Origin: an uncultured Planctomycetaceae bacterium
GTDB lineage: Bacteria; Planctomycetota; Planctomycetia; Planctomycetales; Planctomycetaceae
DNA length: 64,000 nt
NCBI GenBank assembly: GCA_963976765.1
Contig: CAXBME010000015.1
Location: 124,001-188,000 of the forward strand
Direction: 5' to 3'
The translations under genes were made by a program, and so were the position numbers. The notes beneath the pieces were generated by a model that saw only the letters and a program-made list of their open reading frames with translations, searched no databases and was not told the DNA's origin. Below, one piece after another: positions 52,201 through 59,400 of the stretch; within the stretch, counting starts at the first letter, position 1, and each line of letters opens with the position of its first letter.

Positions 52201-54183
52201 CACGTTGCCTTGCCGGAAGCTCAGTCCCGCATCCACATTTTCACTACGAACTTCATCCAGCCCCTCACTGTCCAGGGTCTCGGTCATACTCAACATGCCG
52301 CCGTACGTCACGCCGTGCGGATAATGCGTTCCGTATTTGTCAAGCAGGCGGTCTGTATTCTGTTCAGTCAAGTCTCTGGCCAGACTCATTACATCTGCAA
52401 CGAAATTCTGATGCAGTCGCACCTGCATACGATCCATTGAAAGTGTGGCCAGTTGAGCATAGCTCCGCGACATGGACTTCACGCTCTCGCTGAATTCGTT
52501 CTTTGTAAGTTCCCTTCCATAACCACCGGAGACACCAACAGATGTCGAAGCTCCCATCGCGTCACCGATGTCACCTCCCCACCCGGCTTTAATTCCAACA
52601 CGAACCCCCCATGATTCGAGAAACTGTTTATGGGAAGAAAATGTGGCGTTCTGCCACGTCACCGATGACTTCGGAAAATAGATGACGTGAAATGAAAGCG
52701 GAGCGATGACTCCTGATTGATCCCTAAACCATTCCGAACCACGTTCTGTAGGCTCAACAAAGACATACTCTTTCAAACCGTTGTCGCTGCCCTCACTCAG
52801 CACAGGATTCAACGACAACAGGTCGTAACCTCTGGAGCTGGCACCTGCCTTGACCATGTTGCCTGCGTCCCACCCACTGCCGGAAGCAACACGATTGCCT
52901 CTTCCCCGATCTTCCGGGCGTTTCAGTCTTCCAATCCTGGGTTGATCGAGGCCGATCGTCAGTATTCCGGCAGACCAGGTAATATTCGCTGCTGCACCAT
53001 CAATTGATGAGAAGCGCAGATTCTGTCGATCTGTGCCGTTGATATATCCAATCAGAATTCCATTTCGGTAGACGTAATACCGGCCATCAAATTTCGTTTC
53101 TTTGACAATTGTAAAAACAGGACGATCGTGAACACTGCAAACTGGGCCTAGAACATCAAATTCAGGCCCTTTGCCAGGTTGCCTGACAGTCGGTCGCACC
53201 GGGGCGTAAACATCGTTGGGAACTTCATGAACCCAGCTTCCTTCCAGCGGATCATTCAATTCAATGGTAATCGCTGACGCGGTCGTCTGGCTGAAAGCGA
53301 TAAGCCCGTTGATTGACGGACTCTCCGCCTTGACGGAAACACCAGGACCTGGAAACTCAACACGCCGTTTCAATGACTGTTCGTCGTAAATCCAGGGAAT
53401 CGGAGGCATCTGCTCAAAGAGCGTCGATGCGAACGGAGCAGCCCAGACTCTCAGCCCACCGAATGTCCCATAGAAAGGCCCGACAGAGTCTTCCACCGTC
53501 ACCGCCCTCAGGGTGCCGAATTGATTTTTCAGTTCGAACACACCGGTGACACTCTCGGGCATCCTGCCGACCCAGATCGGATCAATGCGAGTTGAAGCGT
53601 CTTTCTGCAATACTTCAAGTGCCATGCCCGGGAACGTTCTTCGCTGTAAACCAGGAACATCCGCCACACCGTGATGGACCTCCGTCTGATCCTTCGTAAA
53701 GACAACTGCGAGGTAGTTTGCAGATTGTGGATATCCGATTTCAGCAACATCCAGAAACGTGCTTCCCAACTGAAGAACAACAGTGGATCCTTTTAAATAC
53801 AGACCGTAACGAGCATCAAATACGTCTTCCTCAGCCTTTCCAGTCTGCATTGCCTTCCTGACGGTTGAACCGCAGGCGACCAGGCAGGCGTAAGGCTTCC
53901 CGTCCTTCAATTTGACATCACCTGGACGAAACCAGAATTCAACCGTCCCGCTGCCGTCAGGAAACGCAAGCGCTTCATCAGGCTTTGATTCGATGATCGA
54001 CCTGACATCCGTGAGTGTTGGCACCTGATGAGCAACTCCTGCCTCAAACTGCGCCTGGGCCGAGCCAACCGAAAGCACTGTGAGCATTAACAATTGAGCG
54101 ACCGAGCAAACAGTGGACAACACCGGAAGTCCACCCCGACGGGCCTGGTGGAATTCATCGCGATTGAACGAAAAAAGATGCAT
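49219..54183 (-). CDS. Secreted MACPF/perforin-like protein (LamG-like, MACPF, hemopexin-like repeats, beta-trefoil-like repeats)
   Basis: Signal peptide ending AQA. MACPF signature YGTHY-x6-GG at 52297-52335, with GYDLL and PILMDLRPIYELL around it. LamG-type GTVEFWFRP and FGGLRVW. Hemopexin-type GLDAA, FYKGSQY, GVDAA. Three YGD.V.L-type repeats. Confidence 0.88.
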   Translation of the reverse strand: MHLFSFNRDEFHQARRGGLPVLSTVCSVAQLLMLTVLSVGSAQAQFEAGVAHQVPTLTDVRSIIESKPDEALAFPDGSGTVEFWFRPGDVKLKDGKPYACLVACGSTVRKAMQTGKAEEDVFDARYGLYLKGSTVVLQLGSTFLDVAEIGYPQSANYLAVVFTKDQTEVHHGVADVPGLQRRTFPGMALEVLQKDASTRIDPIWVGRMPESVTGVFELKNQFGTLRAVTVEDSVGPFYGTFGGLRVWAAPFASTLFEQMPPIPWIYDEQSLKRRVEFPGPGVSVKAESPSINGLIAFSQTTASAITIELNDPLEGSWVHEVPNDVYAPVRPTVRQPGKGPEFDVLGPVCSVHDRPVFTIVKETKFDGRYYVYRNGILIGYINGTDRQNLRFSSIDGAAANITWSAGILTIGLDQPRIGRLKRPEDRGRGNRVASGSGWDAGNMVKAGASSRGYDLLSLNPVLSEGSDNGLKEYVFVEPTERGSEWFRDQSGVIAPLSFHVIYFPKSSVTWQNATFSSHKQFLESWGVRVGIKAGWGGDIGDAMGASTSVGVSGGYGRELTKNEFSESVKSMSRSYAQLATLSMDRMQVRLHQNFVADVMSLARDLTEQNTDRLLDKYGTHYPHGVTYGGMLSMTETLDSEGLDEVRSENVDAGLSFRQGNVQSPNFEATVDGTYSKTVGKSRSISKDNVKVEAVGGATTLAADGRSVQAGVGFETAVPILMDLRPIYELLSPLYFDDPEIYLAVRSYVQQRLGERARKARSTFREEKGFDYASDAEYEYSAPKSSGTLHVKLDRLRADFKGETNLDFFGRISIGLQQQQLDASGNPLAKLNQGPFTVWQSSIKTPAVGTPYPATFDLKNRTPLDLVTNKLENWGFYYDNSSGKEVKRDGGFAGITFRRDQTEFSGNDPDAARRLVEAKKRIPNLVADGEFKFDIPTECNIDLYEYYNTAKGTALAGLALSVDPYLFEDQGSDGVAMRCEYMRPLDAAPTDVANFSPQTLAGQKAAIKSLIEQLDKSDFDSKFDQQMTQLKSAIKAGRTDPAVDSTIQLSRQLGAAWPVGILSVRIALDDALTEYHQAVRRSDRDVDTSRFAAAVESFAAAVKENKDRFKGEGQGRLNEWENVDRLTEKTADTFTIKMQSHKSSENTLELTVKYWWEGIQGPPPINDTGKLLAKAGDLIVKSHTVEMVRWPERRNGGSERAPISAMDVNFANFRTTVFGAGADQYFEYPVTGVMESDDPNFGPGYRYSVHLPFRRRPVQAMRTWATKDKPYIDQSGDTRNMPEPVQVAVPVDKYFGGRVDAIASNPYISTPAGYRSGLFIFSGSKVLELELQKGSNQTNKVIPPVEISKRFPGLPENFQRGLDAASPQLDTRRGGFSRDRFVFYKGSQYLIYDLEKDGSKQSKPRSMLSWPEEFRNGVDAAMAIGRHEYLIKGDKCAVKQWPAGTSSVKAVTEVIPELRMTRANSVLYGDQVNLQAGEGSWLTGRGADNGLTPVVTNNPPSELHQVARETFLWKALRSTENHSGDRTPLMYGDIVCLAVPTADDSWLVTSGTVADREILGKSSLWTLRSNVPPVSRYKWQILKSPDEVGDGPVIYDVAVYLGKPYSDPQSETSGYSLLTGGRGQSRTEVYIRPMNTKAEQAAQSTYKWYFRRPTK

Positions 54184-54366
54184 TGCCTGCCCTCAATACG
54201 AATAAGAAAAGTTGGCGCCGCTATTTCAGATGTCACCCTGCATTTAATACAGCGCTTTTCACTTTCTGCCCGTCTGCCCGACCGTGACAGCTAAATGAGC
54301 GACTCACTCTTCGCGACAACCTGAAGAAGAAGATGCTTTTAAAGGCAGCCCGAGACTGCGTACCAG

Positions 54367-55422
54367 CTACTGGGAAATGTTCACACGTTTGCTGCCTGGA
54401 TTTCGGATCGAATAGATCCGCCGACGTGTCGCGAAATTGTTCGCACTGTCGAAAATTGCGTTCTCCTTCAGATCCAACTGCAAATCACCGGCAGAACTTC
54501 CCAGATAGATGATGTCCACACTTCGACGCTGCTCAGTCCAGTCCCGTTTTCCACTGTCGACGGCACTCTCCTCTCGCCACTGCCCTGGTCCAGTCTGGCG
54601 AAAATACCCAGCGAGCGTCTCCCCGGTGTACTTCTCCACTGAAGTAGCATTCAGCCCCGTCACTTTGCTTCTGGGATTCTCGATGAAGCAGTGAAACTTG
54701 AAGGCGTCCGAGTCACGAAAGCGATGAAAGACCTGACGCTGATGAACGTCCAACTGAAGCGTCTGTTCGCCGTGCCTTAAAAACACAACACCACCTGCAC
54801 GCTTCCGTTCTTCCCAGACCTTGGGGGCGTCGTTCAAGATCTCCTCGTGCCAGGTCGTCTCGTTGACCTGACGAACAAGCCCTTCCTGACGCCCATTATT
54901 CTGTTTCTGAACGGACGTCAGATTGGCGATCGAGATCGGATTCCTCAGCGAATAGATTCGGGATCGATTCTGAAAGTTACTGTCACCGTAAAATACTGAA
55001 CCGCTACCCAAATCCAGCAGCATGCCTGCTGCGCCATCTGCCAGATAGACCGAATCCCCTTCTGCACGCTGCTCTGTCCATTTTCGTTGCCCGCCGTCAA
55101 TCGAGCTTTCCTCAAGCCATTTCCCAGGCGCAGTTTTTCGAAACGTACCGACAGATTTTTCGCCCGTGTATTTCTCAACGTTGATCAGCGACTTACCGGT
55201 AACGACTCGATCACCCCCAGGAGCAACGAGCCGAACCGTACGCACAAGGAACTGATCACCCTCTTGAGCATTCACGGATTTCGCAGCAACACCGCCGACA
55301 ACGACCGAACAAACGACACACCCCGCCAACGCGTAACCAATCACAGATGACCGCTTGCTGAACCAAATGTCGCGGCAACAATGACAGGCTGACCGAGGCA
55401 TAAAACTTCTCCATTCAAGCAT
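54367..55422 (-). CDS. Hypothetical secreted protein with three ~87-aa tandem repeats
   Basis: Hydrophobic signal segment, and VEKYTGE...G.FR.T.PG.W.EE.......W.E.R......YL........LDL...IYS.RNP repeated three times. Start is ATG 55422 or 55401. Confidence 0.8.
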   Translation of the reverse strand: MLEWRSFMPRSACHCCRDIWFSKRSSVIGYALAGCVVCSVVVGGVAAKSVNAQEGDQFLVRTVRLVAPGGDRVVTGKSLINVEKYTGEKSVGTFRKTAPGKWLEESSIDGGQRKWTEQRAEGDSVYLADGAAGMLLDLGSGSVFYGDSNFQNRSRIYSLRNPISIANLTSVQKQNNGRQEGLVRQVNETTWHEEILNDAPKVWEERKRAGGVVFLRHGEQTLQLDVHQRQVFHRFRDSDAFKFHCFIENPRSKVTGLNATSVEKYTGETLAGYFRQTGPGQWREESAVDSGKRDWTEQRRSVDIIYLGSSAGDLQLDLKENAIFDSANNFATRRRIYSIRNPGSKRVNISQ

Positions 55423-55534
55423 TTGTCGATTAACAAACAGCTGGACATAACTCAGGCCACCACTCTCCAGGACGCAGCGGTGACCGCTTTCAGTGAAAGA
55501 GCTCAGGCCGGAGAGCGGCCAGACTGCTAGAGGA

Positions 55535-55553
55535 ACATCGCAGCGATCTCACA
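55535..55553 (-). promoter_or_regulatory. Candidate ECF promoter element TGTGAGA-TCG-CTGCGATGT upstream of the MACPF gene cluster
   Basis: 16/19 identical to the motif at 56429-56447, oriented toward the 54367-55422 gene and preceded by an A-tract. Confidence 0.6.
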
Positions 55554-55804
55554 CTTTTTTTTTCGGACGAATCTCTCAGCACGGAAATTGGTTGATGGCA
55601 GCCGAATTCTCGAAACTTCTTCGGTGTACGCGAGAACCGACTAAGGGCAGCACGTCACGCTGCAACGCTCCTTGAAGCAATGAAGAGCGGCCCGTTTGGC
55701 AGTGGTCGATAACCGCTCCTGGAAGTTGTAAACTGATAAACTGCTTTACCGGTCCGTCAGGACATGGTGCTGTCCAGGACGTGCCTCATCGAGTCCCCCC
55801 AGCT

Positions 55805-56398
55805 ATGCCAGTCAGTCGCGAAACGACCTCATTCACACTCCTGAAAGGCTTGTGTGAACGAGACACGAAACAATGGGATCGCTTTGCAAAGCTCTATACA
55901 CCTCTTGTTTACGAGTGGTGCCGGAGAGCTCGCGTCTCGAAATCCGACTCGGCTGACGTCGTTCAGGAAGTCTTTGTGGCTGTGTCAGCAAAGATTGACA
56001 CGTTTCAACGAGACCGGATTGGCGACACATTTCGCGGGTGGCTATGGGGAATTGCTCGACACAAGATCAACGATCATTTCCGTCAACTCGCCAAACGCCC
56101 CGCGCCTGAAGGAGGTACGACAGCGCAGATTCGCATCAATCAGGTGCCACTGGAATTGCCGGAAGAGTATGACGAGGCTCAAGTCAATGACGACAATCAA
56201 TTGATCTATCACCGGGCTGTTGAAATGTTGCGAACGGACTTTCAGGAAAAAACCTGGCAGGCATTCTGGAGGGTTGCCATCAACGAGGAAGCCGCTGGCA
56301 GCGTCGCACAAGAACTGGAGATGACCGTCGGAGCTGTTTACAACGCCCGGTACAAGGTGCTGCGACGGCTTCGGTCCGAGTTCGACGGACTGGTCTGA
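55805..56398 (+). CDS. ECF-type RNA polymerase sigma-70 factor (kinase-associated type)
   Basis: TTSFTLL, W.RF..LY.PLVY.W, DVVQEVF, FRGWLWGIARHK..D, and region 4 TWQAFW...VAQELEMTVGAVYNARYKVLRRLR. Confidence 0.95.
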   Translation: MPVSRETTSFTLLKGLCERDTKQWDRFAKLYTPLVYEWCRRARVSKSDSADVVQEVFVAVSAKIDTFQRDRIGDTFRGWLWGIARHKINDHFRQLAKRPAPEGGTTAQIRINQVPLELPEEYDEAQVNDDNQLIYHRAVEMLRTDFQEKTWQAFWRVAINEEAAGSVAQELEMTVGAVYNARYKVLRRLRSEFDGLV

Positions 56399-56428
56399 CG
56401 GCCTGTTTCGAAAGAAATTGTCCCTGGC

Positions 56429-56447
56429 TGTGAGACTTCTGCGATGT
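56429..56447 (+). promoter_or_regulatory. Candidate ECF promoter element TGTGAGA-CTT-CTGCGATGT upstream of the kinase
   Basis: Lies in the ECF-kinase spacer and matches the motif at 55535-55553 on the opposite strand. Confidence 0.6.
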
Positions 56448-56499
56448 ACTTAAGGACGGAGTCGGTCTGTTCCGTTTCCCGCGGCTCTTGATCGTTGAG

Positions 56500-59094
56500 A
56501 TGAATCCAGAAATCCTCGTTCAAATGCCCTCACAATCCTGCCCATCATCCGAACAGCTCAGTCAGTTCAACGCAGGCGCGCTTGGCCACGGCGAATCTGA
56601 AGGCATTGTTGCGCACCTTGATGAGTGCGAGTCCTGCTGTCAGATGCTTCTTAATCGGGATGGGGAATCTGACCCGTTCATCCTGGCACTGCGAGGTCAT
56701 GCTCCGAAATTGCAATATTGCCACGAGCAGGTTGCTGCTCTCGCGTTGCAGAAAGTCTGCGAAATCGCACGCGAGGTATCGTCGTCACACTCTCCCGTTT
56801 CAGATTCGATGAGCGACGCGTCTGAATCGGATACCGTATCCAAGCTTGAAAATCTAAGTGAATACCGGCTGTTTGAGCCAATCGGTGCGGGCGGGATGGG
56901 CACTGTCTACAAAGCCCGTCACATGAAGCTTGATCGACAAGTCGCCGTCAAAGTGCTGCCACAAAGATACATGAGCGACTCAACAGCCATTGCTCGCTTC
57001 GAACGGGAAATGCGAGCCGTTGGTCGGTTGAATCACCCGAACATTGTTTGCGCTATGGACGCTCGCGAGGTCGATGGCACTCATTTTCTGGTGATGGAGT
57101 TTGTGCCAGGGAACAACCTGTCAGATCTGATTGCCGAACGTGGACCGCTTCCGATTGCTGATGCCTGTGAACTCATTCGGCAGGCAGCTGTCGGCCTGCA
57201 GTACGCTCACGATAACGGCATGGTCCATCGTGACATTAAGCCGTCCAATCTGATTCTGGCCCGCTCGGAACATGATGATTCTGCAGTCGTCAAAGTTCTC
57301 GATCTGGGCCTGGCGTTGCTGGATGATGCACATTCACCAACCACCCCAGAGGTAACGGTTTCCGGGCAAGTCATGGGCACTCTGGATTACATGTCGCCAG
57401 AGCAGTGTCTCGAAAGCCACACCGTTGATGCACGGTCTGATGTCTATTCCCTGGGAGCGACTCTGTACAAATTGCTCGTCGGCGAAGCACCATTTGGGGA
57501 CCAGAAGTACGACTCGCTGGGAAAGAAAGTTGCGGCAATTCTGGAAACAGCACCTGAGTCTGTAGAGAAACGTCGCCCGGAAACTCCGGCAGAACTCAGT
57601 AACCTGATCGACCGGATGCTGCGCAAAGATCCGAAATGCCGCCCGGCGACTGCCGACGATGTTGCGTCCGCACTTCACCCGTTTTCCGTTGAGCATGCAT
57701 TGAGTAACGCCTTTGCCCTTGCCCCGGCGACGCATCAGCGAGCCCATTCGGCCTCACGAGAGTCAGGTGAAACGATGGCCGTATTCTCGGTCGACGACAC
57801 AGATCAGGCGCCCCCGGCCGTCACCCGTGGCGGTCGGAAATCTCATACTGAAGAAGATCCAGAAAAGCCGTGGCGGTCGAGCGAATCGGCAAGAAAACGC
57901 AACTTATCGATTGCCGCAGGGATCTTCGCCGCATCATTACTCCTTGCCGGAGTGATCTTTTTTGTGAAACTGGGCGAAAAATACGACGTGCAGATCACCG
58001 TCGAAGACCCCGGTATCTCATTGAAAGTAGACGGCGACAGCTTCGAATTCACCGGAGTTGGTTCACCTGTTCGGCTCTCTGCCGGCACTCACAAGCTGCT
58101 TGTGAAACTCGACGGATTCGAAACGGAGACCTACGAATTTACTGTCAAAAAAGACGGTAAGAATGCATTACACGTCGCAATGGTTGATGAAAAGCTTTGT
58201 CTTTTCAGTGACGAAAAACGTCCGGGCCACGTTTCCAACGGCAATGCCCCTGAAGAGGGGCAAGCCAAACACGAATCATCTAACACCGGCCGCCGGCCTG
58301 CGAGCATCGGAGTAAACGACGCGCAGGGAGGTGGGGATTCGAAAAAGTCTGTGGGTCTGGCAGAAGCTCAAAAGTCGACCAGTTCTCCCGGTGGCTGGAT
58401 GCTTCGGTTCGGAGACCGCAGTGTGGGCGTGCGTGGTGCCGATTTCGGGTTTGTCGCCCGAAGAACACCAATTCAGCATGATCAGGATTTCACGGTCGAA
58501 TTCTGGTGTCGACTGGGAGATCGCAGCAAAGAAAGGACATTCTGGCATCCTCCATTCAGCTTTGGGGTTCTCAAGGGCCAGGCCGTTGCCCGCCATACGC
58601 CTGCTGACAGATCCCTCCCGATGACGCAGATCGTTGGTCCAGTAATCACCAACCGTTGGATTCACTATGCGATGGTCATCGAAGACACCGAGATGAGGCT
58701 GTACGTTAATGGCGACCTGTCAGCTTCTGCGATCATTTCGGATCGTGACGACACCTGGACGGACATGCCTCACTTCGGTTTCAATACTGATGGAATGATT
58801 GACGAAGTGTGCATCTCAAACGTCGCACGATATGGGAAAGAGACTTTTTCGCCAAAACACCGATTCGTACCTGATGACTGCACGCTTGCAATTTTTCACC
58901 TCGACGAGGGCCACGGCACTGACCTCGTAGACGCATCAGGCAACACCGTCGGAACCTGGGCAACCGACTCTGAGGGATTTGCCAGGCTTAAGTGGGTCAA
59001 AGCGGACGGTCCGACGGCAGTTGAATCTACGAATCATCAGAAACCAGTTCGAAGGCCACTTGATTCTGGTCAAGAGAAGAGTTCGATTAAATAA
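56500..59094 (+). CDS. Ser/Thr kinase with N-terminal zinc-binding anti-sigma (HxxxCxxC) motif, TM helix and extracytoplasmic LamG-like domain
   Basis: HLDECESC; kinase motifs GAGGMG, VAVK, HRDIKPSN, DLGLA, GTLDYMSPE; TM IAAGIFAASLLLAGVIFFV; LamG motifs FTVEFW, WIHYAMV, LYVNG, GMIDEVCISNVARY. Start 56500 or 56524. Confidence 0.93.
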   Translation: MNPEILVQMPSQSCPSSEQLSQFNAGALGHGESEGIVAHLDECESCCQMLLNRDGESDPFILALRGHAPKLQYCHEQVAALALQKVCEIAREVSSSHSPVSDSMSDASESDTVSKLENLSEYRLFEPIGAGGMGTVYKARHMKLDRQVAVKVLPQRYMSDSTAIARFEREMRAVGRLNHPNIVCAMDAREVDGTHFLVMEFVPGNNLSDLIAERGPLPIADACELIRQAAVGLQYAHDNGMVHRDIKPSNLILARSEHDDSAVVKVLDLGLALLDDAHSPTTPEVTVSGQVMGTLDYMSPEQCLESHTVDARSDVYSLGATLYKLLVGEAPFGDQKYDSLGKKVAAILETAPESVEKRRPETPAELSNLIDRMLRKDPKCRPATADDVASALHPFSVEHALSNAFALAPATHQRAHSASRESGETMAVFSVDDTDQAPPAVTRGGRKSHTEEDPEKPWRSSESARKRNLSIAAGIFAASLLLAGVIFFVKLGEKYDVQITVEDPGISLKVDGDSFEFTGVGSPVRLSAGTHKLLVKLDGFETETYEFTVKKDGKNALHVAMVDEKLCLFSDEKRPGHVSNGNAPEEGQAKHESSNTGRRPASIGVNDAQGGGDSKKSVGLAEAQKSTSSPGGWMLRFGDRSVGVRGADFGFVARRTPIQHDQDFTVEFWCRLGDRSKERTFWHPPFSFGVLKGQAVARHTPADRSLPMTQIVGPVITNRWIHYAMVIEDTEMRLYVNGDLSASAIISDRDDTWTDMPHFGFNTDGMIDEVCISNVARYGKETFSPKHRFVPDDCTLAIFHLDEGHGTDLVDASGNTVGTWATDSEGFARLKWVKADGPTAVESTNHQKPVRRPLDSGQEKSSIK

Positions 59095-59160
59095 CTGTTC
59101 CGCTTCTTCGGCCAGGTTTTCGAACAGAATCATCGAGTGTCGCGGCTTGAGTCGAATGGC

Positions 59161-59202
59161 AAAAACAGCCCGGGCGGTTCAGTTAACCATCCGGGCTTTT
59201 GG
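59161..59202. terminator. Probable bidirectional intrinsic terminator
   Basis: AAAAACAGCCCGGGCGGTT-loop-AACCATCCGGGCTTTT between convergent genes. Confidence 0.7.
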
Positions 59203-59400
59203 TTTTGACTTTCGGCGATCGACCGCCAACTGCCGAACGTGGTCGACGGCGTTAGTTTCTCGAAGAACGACGAAACTTATTTCTCCTGGGTTCGGTGAGG
59301 TTTCTTCGATCGCTTTCGTGCATTCCTTTGCCAGCCTGGCGGATTCGCAGTCGTTGACCGGTTCCGGGAGCGGCTGAGAGAAAAGCGGCAAGTCGAGTGG

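Noticed and set aside
54282..54312. Third copy of the ECF motif upstream of the MACPF gene (AGTGAGTCGCTC on the minus strand)
   Set aside because: Only a partial match with different spacing and no CTGCGATGT half, so it could be chance.
47510..59400. Prophage, ICE or transposon carrying the MACPF locus
   Set aside because: No integrase, transposase, phage genes, tRNA or att-like direct repeats were seen.
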